Assembly (NCBI GenBank): GCA_963826715.1
Contig: CAWGYA010000008.1
Coordinates: 1,120,001 to 1,184,000 of the forward strand
Origin: Candidatus Bathyarchaeota archaeon
Lineage (GTDB): Archaea > Thermoproteota > Bathyarchaeia > Bathyarchaeales > Bathycorpusculaceae
Direction: 5' to 3'
DNA length: 64,000 bases
The notes beneath the pieces were generated by a model. It was not told the origin of the DNA and searched no databases. It saw only the letters and a list, made by a program, of their open reading frames with translations. The position numbers and the translations under genes were made by a program. This document shows, one piece after another, positions 12,358 through 21,177 of this stretch (position 1 is the first letter of the stretch; each line of letters opens with the position of its first letter).

Positions 12358-13632
12358 CTATCTGTATCTCAAAAGTGCCGCGAACCCACCCAATGCAGAA
12401 AGTCGCGCTTTCTCTTCTGTGCCTGTAAAAATAACCTCAACTTTTGCATCTGTTTGTGCTGCTGCATCCTCCAAAACATCCACCATATCCTTTTCCACAA
12501 TCTCCCATTCTATTCCCTTGCATTTCATGCAGGGCGTCGCCAACAGCGTTTGAAGTGTAGTTGTATCTTTCTTTTTGAGTATTTCTGATTTGCCAAGACC
12601 GCATTTTTTGCATAGGGCTTCAACTTCATAGAGATCAGAATCGTCAGTTATGAGTGCAATTTCAACTGCTCCTCTCTTAAGATCCTCCAGAACAGAATCT
12701 AAACCGGTGGTCGCCAAACCTTGTTCTTTATTGAGTTCTGCTTCGAGTCGCATCATTGTCTTTTTCTCTTCTGGTCCACACATGCTTTTTAGTGTCTCGG
12801 AGGATTTGGCGAGCATTTCGCGTATGCCGTCTTCACATGCAGTTTGAGTGTCAACCACATTTAGTAGGGCATTTTTAAGTTCATAATGCAAAAAATTGCC
12901 TTTAATGAATTCGTTTTTCGTTAACCCTGGTCCACCTACAATTAGTACAGTAGCTTTTTGTTTTTCCAGAAACGCCTTAGCTGAGTGCTCGGCTATTCTG
13001 TTGAAGAAATAGGTGATTTCCATGTCGCGTTCGCGTTCGTAGCGACGTTGACTCTGTCCACCTTTGCTTGTTTTGCCGGGTACACCCGAGGTGAGGTTTT
13101 CTAAAAATTCAATGTGTTCTCCATTGCGTATGGCAATGGTTGCTTGTTTTGCGTCGATTGCGATTAAGCCAACTATTCGTTGGTCTCTTAGCATTTGTCT
13201 AAGCTGTTCCAACTCGAAATGGTTCGTTATCTCTCTATAGAATTTGTTCACGGGTTTAGGGGGAACGAGTTCTTCGATGTTTAAAGTCTCTTTATCCTGA
13301 TTGATTCCAGCAAATATTCCTGCGAAGAGTACAAGTCCATTCTCTGGCGCTTGTTTCTGCTGTTTTACCCTCAGGATTATGCCTCGGAGGGCTTCTTGGA
13401 TTCGTTGGTTGGTGTTTCTGGATTTTAAACTCGCAGTTTCAATGTCTTCTTTGAGGTTCGCCACAATGGTGTCAATTGATGCGTGAGCTGGTATGTAAAG
13501 AGAGACAAATTCGTTGTTTGTTGCTTGTTTTTCAGAGAGGTGTGCGATGAGTTTGCGTAGCTTATGTTGTTTTGCGGAATAGCTGGTTGTCATTTGGCAG
13601 CCGTAGAAATGAGTGACTTTTTCTGTAATCAT
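12358..13632 (-). CDS. Archaeal release factor 1 (aRF1/eRF1) paralog
   Basis: VSLYIP, PENGLVLFAG, SGVPGKTSKGGQSQRRYER, GGPGLTK, GGFAALLRY; Zn ribbon CKKC/CMKC; start may be 13593. Confidence 0.92.
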   Translation of the reverse strand: MITEKVTHFYGCQMTTSYSAKQHKLRKLIAHLSEKQATNNEFVSLYIPAHASIDTIVANLKEDIETASLKSRNTNQRIQEALRGIILRVKQQKQAPENGLVLFAGIFAGINQDKETLNIEELVPPKPVNKFYREITNHFELEQLRQMLRDQRIVGLIAIDAKQATIAIRNGEHIEFLENLTSGVPGKTSKGGQSQRRYERERDMEITYFFNRIAEHSAKAFLEKQKATVLIVGGPGLTKNEFIKGNFLHYELKNALLNVVDTQTACEDGIREMLAKSSETLKSMCGPEEKKTMMRLEAELNKEQGLATTGLDSVLEDLKRGAVEIALITDDSDLYEVEALCKKCGLGKSEILKKKDTTTLQTLLATPCMKCKGIEWEIVEKDMVDVLEDAAAQTDAKVEVIFTGTEEKARLSALGGFAALLRYR

Positions 13633-13706
13633 TGAGGGTACCTACTTAAAGTATCGGCGTTGCCTAATTTATCAGTTGCTCGGCTGCGATGTACTCTGAT
13701 TATGAT

Positions 13707-13991
13707 TTATGGAAAGGTGGCAAATTCGCTCCAATGCTGTGCTAAGTATGCAATTGCCCAGATAATTAAGCCTATGTAGACTACCCAAAGCCATTTAGTT
13801 ACGGGTCCTTTGGAGTCGCGGATTGTTCCTGCGAAATCTTCAGAGTTTTTTTCTGTTTCTTCAACAGTGTATTCGTCAGAGCTTCGGACAATTAAGAAGA
13901 TGGCAATTGATACTAATCCAACAATAAGTAATGTGACATATGCATAGATTGGATCAACAAATACTATGTGCGATAGAAAAGACTGATTCAA
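13707..13991 (-). CDS. Small membrane protein resembling the cbb3 CcoP/FixP N-terminal domain
   Basis: EDFAGTIRDSKGPVTKWLWVVYIGLIIWAIAYL resembles FixP_N (DGIEE.DNPLP.WW..LF); last gene of the cco operon. Confidence 0.6.
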   Translation of the reverse strand: MNQSFLSHIVFVDPIYAYVTLLIVGLVSIAIFLIVRSSDEYTVEETEKNSEDFAGTIRDSKGPVTKWLWVVYIGLIIWAIAYLAQHWSEFATFP

Positions 13992-13993
13992 TT

Positions 13994-14140
13994 TTATTCT
14001 TCATCCTCCTCAAGGGGCAGAGAGCATAGGAAATCATTGGATTCGAACTGTTTTGTTTTAAACGCCCAAACCACAAATCCTGCAGTTATCAAAGTTATCA
14101 ACAGCGCTCCTATCGTGTAAATGAGCATGTCTATGTTCAC
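13994..14140 (-). CDS. ccoS: cbb3 oxidase maturation protein CcoS/FixS (48 aa, absent from ORF track)
   Basis: My translation MNIDMLIYTIGALLITLITAGFVVWAFKTKQFESNDFLCSLPLEEDEE; WA.K..QF motif and acidic tail; GGAGG SD; GTG overlaps upstream TGA. Confidence 0.8.
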   Translation of the reverse strand: MNIDMLIYTIGALLITLITAGFVVWAFKTKQFESNDFLCSLPLEEDEE

Positions 14141-15741
14141 AACCTAAACCTCCTTGAACTGCAATTTCGTTGACTTTGCAGTTTTGTTTTTTCATAAATG
14201 ATTTTTTGTTGCTTAAACTTTAGTTCCCAAAGTGCAATCGCAGACAATATAATCATAGCAGTAGTAGTCGATGCGCCTAAACTGGTTAAGTATCCAGCGG
14301 ATTCGGGTCCGCCTTTTAGATTTCTTGCGTAAGCATCAGTGTATTGGGGTGCCCACTTGGCATTATAATCTTGAACGGTAGAAAAACTCTGAACATAAAA
14401 TATAGCCTCATAGATTTCGTTATCTGATAATGCAAATTTCCAAGGAGGCATGTTTGTTGTTTCTACCCCTTCTCGTGCTTTCCAAACATAACGTCCATAA
14501 TTTTCAAAATCGCTCCCTGATTCCGTAAAGTTGGCTGGCACTGGAATAATATAGCCGCCATTGACTTTCCCTGAAGCTGGTCCGTCTCCTTGACCATTTT
14601 CACCGTGGCATTGGGCGCAATATAGAGTGAAGAGATCTTGTCCTGCTTTGAATTGTTGTTGAGTGCCTGCTATTGGTGGCGAATTAAGGGTTGTTTGTGC
14701 GAAGTTGTCGCCTTCAGCATCGGAGATGTCACCTGATATTGTTCTTGCTGAGCCAAATACAAAACTCATCTCGTAAATTGCGATCATTTGGATTTGGGTG
14801 TTGCTTAGTGACAAACCCCATGGAGGCATAGCTGTTCCGGGTACTCCTTCGGTGACGCGCCAGATATGGTAATTATTGCCTGGGAATGTTGCGATTCTCT
14901 CGTTTAGGTTGGCTGGTTGTGTAACTACATGGCGTGCGTAAGGGCCCTGAGCGTTTCCTGAGCCACCGTGGCATGGCAAACAGCGTTGGGTATAGTTTGC
15001 TTTTGCGGTGTTATAAATTGCTGCCCATTGATCGCCTAATGATGCGTTGCCGTTGAATACGTCATTTTCTATATCGTATTGGGATAGAACTGTCATGTAT
15101 ATTGATCCAAATTGGTTTGTTGTATTCAGGTAATCTTGGGGTACTGCAGGATGGTACGCGGCGTTGTTGGTTATGGATGTCTCAACTTGGAGATTTTTTT
15201 GTCCTAAGTTTTGAATGTAGGCGATTAGGGCATCGATTTGGGTGTCGGTTAAGAAGCCGAAGTTTGGCATTATCGAACCTGGGCTTACGCTTCTTGGGTC
15301 TTTGTCGTGGGTTTGATGCCAAATAGTTGGTCGCATGCCTCCTATCTGAGCAAGGTCTGGACCCGTTCTCTCTGTCCCCAACGCGTTGGGACTGTCATAA
15401 ACGTAGTCACCTTCTTGTGAAACGTTGCCTATTCCCCAATCTGCAGCTCTAACTTGTTGAGAGTGGCAGTAGAAGCACCCTAAAGTCATGAATAAGTTTC
15501 TTCCTTCCGCTTCCTGAGTGGTGTATGTGTGAGCTGTATCGCTTGGGGGAATATCTAAAAGAAACATGTAGGGGGCAACCACCACCATGCTGACCATAAG
15601 CAGAAATACGGCTATTCCACCTGCTGCTATGGGGAATAGATTTTTGATTTGGATCTTTTTTCCTAATGTTTTAGTTTGTTTAGTTACTGACCTTTCGATT
15701 CGATCTAATCCATTTTCAAGTTTTTTTTCGGTATTATTCAT
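14137..15741 (-). CDS. ccoO: cbb3 oxidase subunit II (CcoO) fused to two additional cytochrome c domains (CcoP-like)
   Basis: GCFYCHSQQVR, GTERTGPDLAQIG, DPRSVSPGSIMP; further CLPCH and CAQCH each followed by MPPW; N- and C-terminal TMs. Confidence 0.9.
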   Translation of the reverse strand: MNNTEKKLENGLDRIERSVTKQTKTLGKKIQIKNLFPIAAGGIAVFLLMVSMVVVAPYMFLLDIPPSDTAHTYTTQEAEGRNLFMTLGCFYCHSQQVRAADWGIGNVSQEGDYVYDSPNALGTERTGPDLAQIGGMRPTIWHQTHDKDPRSVSPGSIMPNFGFLTDTQIDALIAYIQNLGQKNLQVETSITNNAAYHPAVPQDYLNTTNQFGSIYMTVLSQYDIENDVFNGNASLGDQWAAIYNTAKANYTQRCLPCHGGSGNAQGPYARHVVTQPANLNERIATFPGNNYHIWRVTEGVPGTAMPPWGLSLSNTQIQMIAIYEMSFVFGSARTISGDISDAEGDNFAQTTLNSPPIAGTQQQFKAGQDLFTLYCAQCHGENGQGDGPASGKVNGGYIIPVPANFTESGSDFENYGRYVWKAREGVETTNMPPWKFALSDNEIYEAIFYVQSFSTVQDYNAKWAPQYTDAYARNLKGGPESAGYLTSLGASTTTAMIILSAIALWELKFKQQKIIYEKTKLQSQRNCSSRRFRL

Positions 15742-17164
15742 CGCTTAAAACCCCCTTTTGTTTAGAAATCAAGTTCAGGGTCGGTTTTGATATAATTGTC
15801 ATTATGATGTTTATGGCAAAGAGAAAAGCGGATACGACAACGATTCCGCCGCCGATAGCTCTAATGATAAAGTAAGGTGCCAAAGTTGGTAGGACTTGGG
15901 CAATTGTTTGGTGGGTAAACCAACCAGCGTTAGCTACTAACCCTGCGAGCATCATACCTAACATGAAAATAATAAAACCTAGTAGAGAAACCCACCAGGT
16001 TACATCCATGAGTTTTTTGTTGTATAGTGGTTTTCCGCTTATTCGGGGGACTAGATAGAACATCATGCCTACGATGGTGAGTCCGAAGGATGCGTAGAGT
16101 GCTAAATGTGAATGCATAACGGTCCATTGTGAATAGTGTAGATAGAGGTTCATGTCTCGGAGCGCTTGGAATGTTCCTTGAATGGAGACGAAAATATAGC
16201 ATACGAAGCCGAAAATAATGAACCTTAAAGGTACATTGCTTAAGAAAGTATGCCAGGCGCCGCGAAGTGTCATGCCGATGTTTGTTGCAAATGTTAACAC
16301 CGAAATCATCATGAGCCCACTTGTGGTGACGGCGATGGTTTTTAGCCATTCGGGAATTGAAGATTGTAATAGATGATGGCCTCCAACGCCTGTATAGAAG
16401 AATGCTAATGCGAAGAAGCTGATTAGTGAGAGGGTTACGCTGTAGAGGGCACGTTTTGAAAGTTTAGGGATAAAATAGTACCATAACGCCAATCCAAAAG
16501 GTGTGAACCAAAGACCCAGTACGTTATGTCCGTAGAACCAGTTAACTATGGCGTCAGTTAAGCCAAAAAGGGCTCCACTTGGCGGTTGCCACATGACGTT
16601 TCCTATGAAATATACAATTGGGAACCACAAAAATATCCCGGCAAAAAACCAGAGGCTTACATAGAGTTTGCGTTCTCTCCTTTTTAGGATCGTGCCAAGT
16701 ATGGTGATGCCAATTATAACTAAGGTAATCATTATCAAAACATCAATTATCCACGGCATCTCTGCGTATTCTCTGGCTTGTGTGTTTCCAACCATTATCA
16801 AAAGAATACCTGATAACACCGCAACGTTCCATAATATAGCTGCGAGCTTGCCTATTTGGGGTTTATATAATGATACTTTGCTGAGTCTCGGGGCAACGTA
16901 ATACATGGCACCTATAAGACCAGAAGATAAGAAACCAAAGAGTAAACCGTTTACATGGGCGGGTCTGATTCTTCCAAAGGTATCGAACGCTGAATCAACC
17001 AGAAATGTGGGAACAAAAAACTTAATTGCCATTATCATGCCAAAGATAACAAAAATTGGGAACCAGACTGTTGCAGCATACAACCAATATTTTGCAACGG
17101 AATCGCTGCTTTTTAAATCAACAGAATTTTTCTCTGCTTTGGCTGCTTCCAAGGTTTCTCCCAT
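15734..17164 (-). CDS. ccoN: cbb3-type (C-family) heme-copper oxidase subunit I
   Basis: FGRIRPAH, REYAE, WFYGHN, FYTGVGGHHL (helix VII Tyr plus CuB His pair), HYSQWTVMHSH; ATG at 17164 with GGTGG SD. Confidence 0.93.
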   Translation of the reverse strand: MGETLEAAKAEKNSVDLKSSDSVAKYWLYAATVWFPIFVIFGMIMAIKFFVPTFLVDSAFDTFGRIRPAHVNGLLFGFLSSGLIGAMYYVAPRLSKVSLYKPQIGKLAAILWNVAVLSGILLIMVGNTQAREYAEMPWIIDVLIMITLVIIGITILGTILKRRERKLYVSLWFFAGIFLWFPIVYFIGNVMWQPPSGALFGLTDAIVNWFYGHNVLGLWFTPFGLALWYYFIPKLSKRALYSVTLSLISFFALAFFYTGVGGHHLLQSSIPEWLKTIAVTTSGLMMISVLTFATNIGMTLRGAWHTFLSNVPLRFIIFGFVCYIFVSIQGTFQALRDMNLYLHYSQWTVMHSHLALYASFGLTIVGMMFYLVPRISGKPLYNKKLMDVTWWVSLLGFIIFMLGMMLAGLVANAGWFTHQTIAQVLPTLAPYFIIRAIGGGIVVVSAFLFAINIIMTIISKPTLNLISKQKGVLSDE

Positions 17165-17307
17165 AAAAACCACCAAAATTGACAATTAAATGTCGGATGA
17201 TTATCTTTATATAACTTTTGATTACCCTGTGCTACCTATAAATTTTTATTTCCCAAAATATTTGAATAAGTTAAGAAATAAAATTATATTTTACTGGGTA
17301 GGCTGCT

Positions 17308-17751
17308 GTGGTAGTTACTTTTGAAGTAGTTCATGAGTTGATGGCGCAGGCAAATGTAGTTATCTTAATCGGCGCTGCCTTTTTGATAGTTGTTAGTCTT
17401 TTTCTTGAACGAAAAAAGAAGTGGGTTTGGCATGGCAACTCGATGATGGTAGTGATGATAATTACCGTTCTGCTGGTCCTTGCGCACATGGGGCCTTCTT
17501 TTGTTTCAGCTGTTCTTGAGGCCGTCAATAGTTTAGATATCGTTGCGGTTGTGGGTGTTATCCATGGTGTAATAGGGGTGTTTGCCCTCGTTTTAGGCGC
17601 AGGGTTAGTTTGGGTGTGGTCGATTAACGAATCAAGCAGTACAGGGTACTGTTTTTCAAGAAAAAACCTTATGTTAAAAATCTTGGCGCTATGGCTTGTT
17701 TCTTTGGGGCTTGGCGGTTTATACTACTTGTTGCACATTACTCTTGGATAA
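17308..17751 (+). CDS. 4-TM membrane protein, DUF420-like
   Basis: Four hydrophobic helices with His residues (WHG, AHM, IHG); divergent from ccoN. Confidence 0.55.
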   Translation: MVVTFEVVHELMAQANVVILIGAAFLIVVSLFLERKKKWVWHGNSMMVVMIITVLLVLAHMGPSFVSAVLEAVNSLDIVAVVGVIHGVIGVFALVLGAGLVWVWSINESSSTGYCFSRKNLMLKILALWLVSLGLGGLYYLLHITLG

Positions 17752-19654
17752 CGCTTTGGTCGATTGTCGTCTTTGTTAAAGCTACATCCTTTATTAGTTG
17801 AGCGAAAATAGCCAAAGCTAATAAAATTATGCCTAGCCAAAGAAGATAAATTAATGGGTTATTTTGCACTTTCAGAGACAGGGTGTCTGAAAGTGAACTG
17901 GTGCCACTAAAGGTGTCAGTAAGGCTGTTATAGAGTTCATCTGTAAATTCTAAATGGAGGTAGATATCTCCGCTGGTTGTGCTGATTATGAGAGGTTTAA
18001 GCATTAGACCATAGTTGGGGTAGAAGCTAGCGGATATATTTCCTCTGTAACTTGTTTTGTCATCATGGACGGTTACGTCTGCGGTGATAATCGAATATTC
18101 TGAGATTACTGCTTTAGCTTGGGCATTGTAAACTTTTGATGTGCTATTATCTAAATGTATACTGTTAATTTGAATGGTTAGATTCAAAGCTTTATTGGTA
18201 GAGTTAACCTTCACATCTTCTAGTGTTGCTGAGGTTTTTGCTCCGGCGCTTACGAAAATACCTAGAAGTAAAACAATCACAGCTAAACCAAACAATCCTT
18301 GCCAAAACAACTTTTTAGTCTGAGCGGTTCTTACCTGTTTGTACACTAACCCCATTAATGTCACAATTAAAAGAGGGAGAGTTAAAGTTAGAAGAGTATT
18401 TACTGGCGCTATGCCTATCAATGAAAGGATAGCTCCTGTAACCAATGCTACTAGAACTATCAGAAATTGCCGGGCGTAGTGAGTTTTTTCGTTAAGGCTA
18501 AACCCAACTAGCGCTATAACAAATAGAACTACAAAAGGATAAGTCCACAGGCTGTATGCGAAATTGGTAAAGGCTAAACCGGCAAGGCATACGGCAGCTA
18601 TAAGGATTAATGCCCAGAATCCTACAAATGAGGAACGTGCAGTCAATGATTTTTTATCAACTTCCAGTTTGATGAGGGGTTTGCGTTTATTTTTTGATAG
18701 GTAAAAGAAGTAACCCATCATAGCAACAGCGTATGAGAGCATTACCGGGCCAATGGCGGATGAAGCATATGAATGGACTGATTGGGTTAATCCGCCGCGG
18801 GTTAAGGCGCTTAGAAATACTAGACTTGCGAATGTGAGCATAATCATTGTTTCTTGGGTTAGGCTGGTTTTTCCTTTTGAAATTTCTTTTACGATAAAGT
18901 AGGCTGTTAAAATGAGCCATGGTAGAAGTGAAGCTGTTTCCACGGGATCCCATGCCCAATATCCTCCCCACCCTAAGACGGCATATGCCCAAACGCCGCC
19001 TAAAGCTATGCCTATTGTAAGCAGCAACCAAGCCAAATGTGTTGATGCTTTAAAGAGCCTCATAGCGTCTAGGTCTTTGTTAGTTTTCAAACTTGCTAGC
19101 GAGAGTGCGAAAGCCAAAACCACAAAGGCATAAGCTGAAAAAACAATCGGCGGGTGAATTGCCATCCATAGACTCTGGAGTTGTGGGTTGAGTCCTATGC
19201 CCTGAACTGGGGTTATTGCTAAGTGTTCAAAAGGGTTTCTTAAGAGGCAAACAATTAAGAAAACAATAACCGCGATTCCCAAGACCTGATAGGTTACTGT
19301 TCGGGTTTTCTCTATTTTTTTGAGTCCCGTGATTCGCAGCAAAAAATATACTGCCATTAATATTATTGTTAATAGCAGCATTGAACCTCCTGCCCCTGCC
19401 CAGCTTGCATATATCTTGGAGAGAAGCGAGGTTCCCGTTGAGCTAAATGAGTAAACTGCTGAGTAAGAGAAGTTGTTGTTTATGAATGCTAAAAGAAGCG
19501 ACACATACAAACCTAAAATGATTAGGAAAGCAGTGGCGGAAGCGAAAATACCGCCTCCGTTTTTCCATTTTTGACTTATACCGGTTAGCGGAAAAAGTAT
19601 ATCTAATAAAATAAGCAAAACGGCTACAATTAGAAGAAATATTTCCCAGTTCAT
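17738..19654 (-). CDS. ccmF: Cytochrome c biogenesis heme lyase CcmF (System I)
   Basis: WAGAGGSMLL, GLNPQLQ..MAIHPP, WAYAVLGWGGYWAWDPVETASLLPW (WWD domain), LTRGG..SVHSYA. Confidence 0.93.
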   Translation of the reverse strand: MNWEIFLLIVAVLLILLDILFPLTGISQKWKNGGGIFASATAFLIILGLYVSLLLAFINNNFSYSAVYSFSSTGTSLLSKIYASWAGAGGSMLLLTIILMAVYFLLRITGLKKIEKTRTVTYQVLGIAVIVFLIVCLLRNPFEHLAITPVQGIGLNPQLQSLWMAIHPPIVFSAYAFVVLAFALSLASLKTNKDLDAMRLFKASTHLAWLLLTIGIALGGVWAYAVLGWGGYWAWDPVETASLLPWLILTAYFIVKEISKGKTSLTQETMIMLTFASLVFLSALTRGGLTQSVHSYASSAIGPVMLSYAVAMMGYFFYLSKNKRKPLIKLEVDKKSLTARSSFVGFWALILIAAVCLAGLAFTNFAYSLWTYPFVVLFVIALVGFSLNEKTHYARQFLIVLVALVTGAILSLIGIAPVNTLLTLTLPLLIVTLMGLVYKQVRTAQTKKLFWQGLFGLAVIVLLLGIFVSAGAKTSATLEDVKVNSTNKALNLTIQINSIHLDNSTSKVYNAQAKAVISEYSIITADVTVHDDKTSYRGNISASFYPNYGLMLKPLIISTTSGDIYLHLEFTDELYNSLTDTFSGTSSLSDTLSLKVQNNPLIYLLWLGIILLALAIFAQLIKDVALTKTTIDQSVIQE

Positions 19655-19878
19655 CTTGATATCAGGATACTCTACATTTCCGAGGGTGAATATTTAAAAT
19701 TTTGGTAAGTGGTTTTCTCTGAAATATCGGATATCATTCACTGAAAACCGAAAGGAGGCTTCTTCTAAGCAGGATTAGCTTATCTATTTTTGTTTGGACA
19801 CCCACACACTCAACATCGTCCTGAAAAATCATGAAATCAAGCAATAACTAAATACCACCGACTCCTAAATCTCTGTTT

Positions 19879-20730
19879 ATGGGGTACCAGCCGCGGGCAA
19901 AGGCGCCACGAAGCACAGGTTATGGCAGCAGGAGAACGCTACGTGAGAGAAGTAGGGAAAAAAAACGCCTTCTAAAACGACCCCCTCAACAATTTCAACC
20001 CCAAAAAAACGTCCCAACTGAACAGGAAATCTCCGAAGCAACCCTTAAGCGCTTACATACATTGGGGCGCCAAAAATTCGGTTCATCCCCCTTCAACGAG
20101 CACTTTGATCGATGGCTAACTAATTTATATGCAGTTTTAGACGAATTTAAAGCGTTTCCTGGCATAGGTGTCGATGAGCAATTTCTTAATGAGTGCAATC
20201 AGGCACTTGATGTGATAAAGCTTCAATTAGACGATTGGCGCAGAAAAGAATTCTCAGTTGAGCAGGACATTAAAAATGTAGCGTATTTTCGTAGCTGTCT
20301 AAATCAAATTAACATGGAATATTCAAAAGCTCTTATGGCGATTAGAAGCAAAAGAAATCGTGCAGTTGAACTCATAACTAGTAAAATAGATGGTCTCAAA
20401 GGCGAACAGGACAAAATAATCCAGACGAAGGCGGGTCTTTTTCGTACTGTCTCAAAAAAAGCCAGAGAGCAAAAAGAAATAGTGGTGGTTGAGCAGTTGA
20501 GCGAAAAGCAGCGAGAGTTAGAGATGGTGTTCCTGGATTTTAGCACCGAAAAAAAGCAGCTTCAAGAGGAATTCGATGCTAAACGGGAGCCTATTTTGGA
20601 GCAAATGAAGAGGGTTCAGAAGAAAATCAGTGATTTGGATACCGATGCTTCACTTGAAGCTCGCTGGTTTGCTTGTGAAAGTTTGATTGATGCAGTGAAT
20701 AGTTTTATGCAAAGAAAATCTGCAATTTAG
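19879..20730 (+). CDS. Hypothetical coiled-coil protein with basic N-terminus
   Basis: 283-aa ORF with E/K/Q-rich heptads. Confidence 0.7.
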   Translation: MGYQPRAKAPRSTGYGSRRTLRERSREKKRLLKRPPQQFQPQKNVPTEQEISEATLKRLHTLGRQKFGSSPFNEHFDRWLTNLYAVLDEFKAFPGIGVDEQFLNECNQALDVIKLQLDDWRRKEFSVEQDIKNVAYFRSCLNQINMEYSKALMAIRSKRNRAVELITSKIDGLKGEQDKIIQTKAGLFRTVSKKAREQKEIVVVEQLSEKQRELEMVFLDFSTEKKQLQEEFDAKREPILEQMKRVQKKISDLDTDASLEARWFACESLIDAVNSFMQRKSAI

Positions 20731-20769
20731 TAGGAAGCTTATCCTCAAGATAAAATAGATTAATATCGT

Positions 20770-21006
20770 TTATTTTTTATCAGTCAGCATCAAGGTCAAG
20801 GTTGAGGTGACATTTGCTATTTTCCTAAGCTTAAAAGTGACTAATTCCTTGAGTTCATCAGGTGAGTCTGCTGTTGCTTTGACAATTAAGTCGTAGACTC
20901 CATAAGAAATATAGGCTTCCTCGATCCCACCTGTTTTTCTAGCTTCTTCTAAAACCTGCTCCTCGGAACCGGGAGAGATGTTAAAAAGTACATATGCGCT
21001 GGTCAT
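20770..21006 (-). CDS. Stand-alone Lrp/AsnC ligand-binding domain protein
   Basis: AYVLFN..PGSE, YGVYDLIVK, V.STLT pattern. Confidence 0.9.
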   Translation of the reverse strand: MTSAYVLFNISPGSEEQVLEEARKTGGIEEAYISYGVYDLIVKATADSPDELKELVTFKLRKIANVTSTLTLMLTDKK

Positions 21007-21177
21007 CTCAATCTCTTATACTATTTAATGCCTAATAGATAAAACGTTTACGCAAATTTCACTATTAACCGTTAAGTTGATTGCGTAGCATTTAAGGGAT
21101 TGCAGATTTTGCCAGTTTATATAACTGGAAAATATTACATGAAAGCTAGGTTCCAATTACTTTGAATAGGGATAATT

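Noticed and set aside
12358-13632. Pelota/Dom34
   Set aside because: It has GGQ and an eRF1-type N-domain rather than the Sm-like Pelota N-domain.
15734-17164. Nitric oxide reductase NorB instead of CcoN
   Set aside because: EYAE, WFYGHN and the helix VII Tyr, plus adjacent ccoO and ccoS, fit cbb3; no Glu follows the helix VI His as in NorB.
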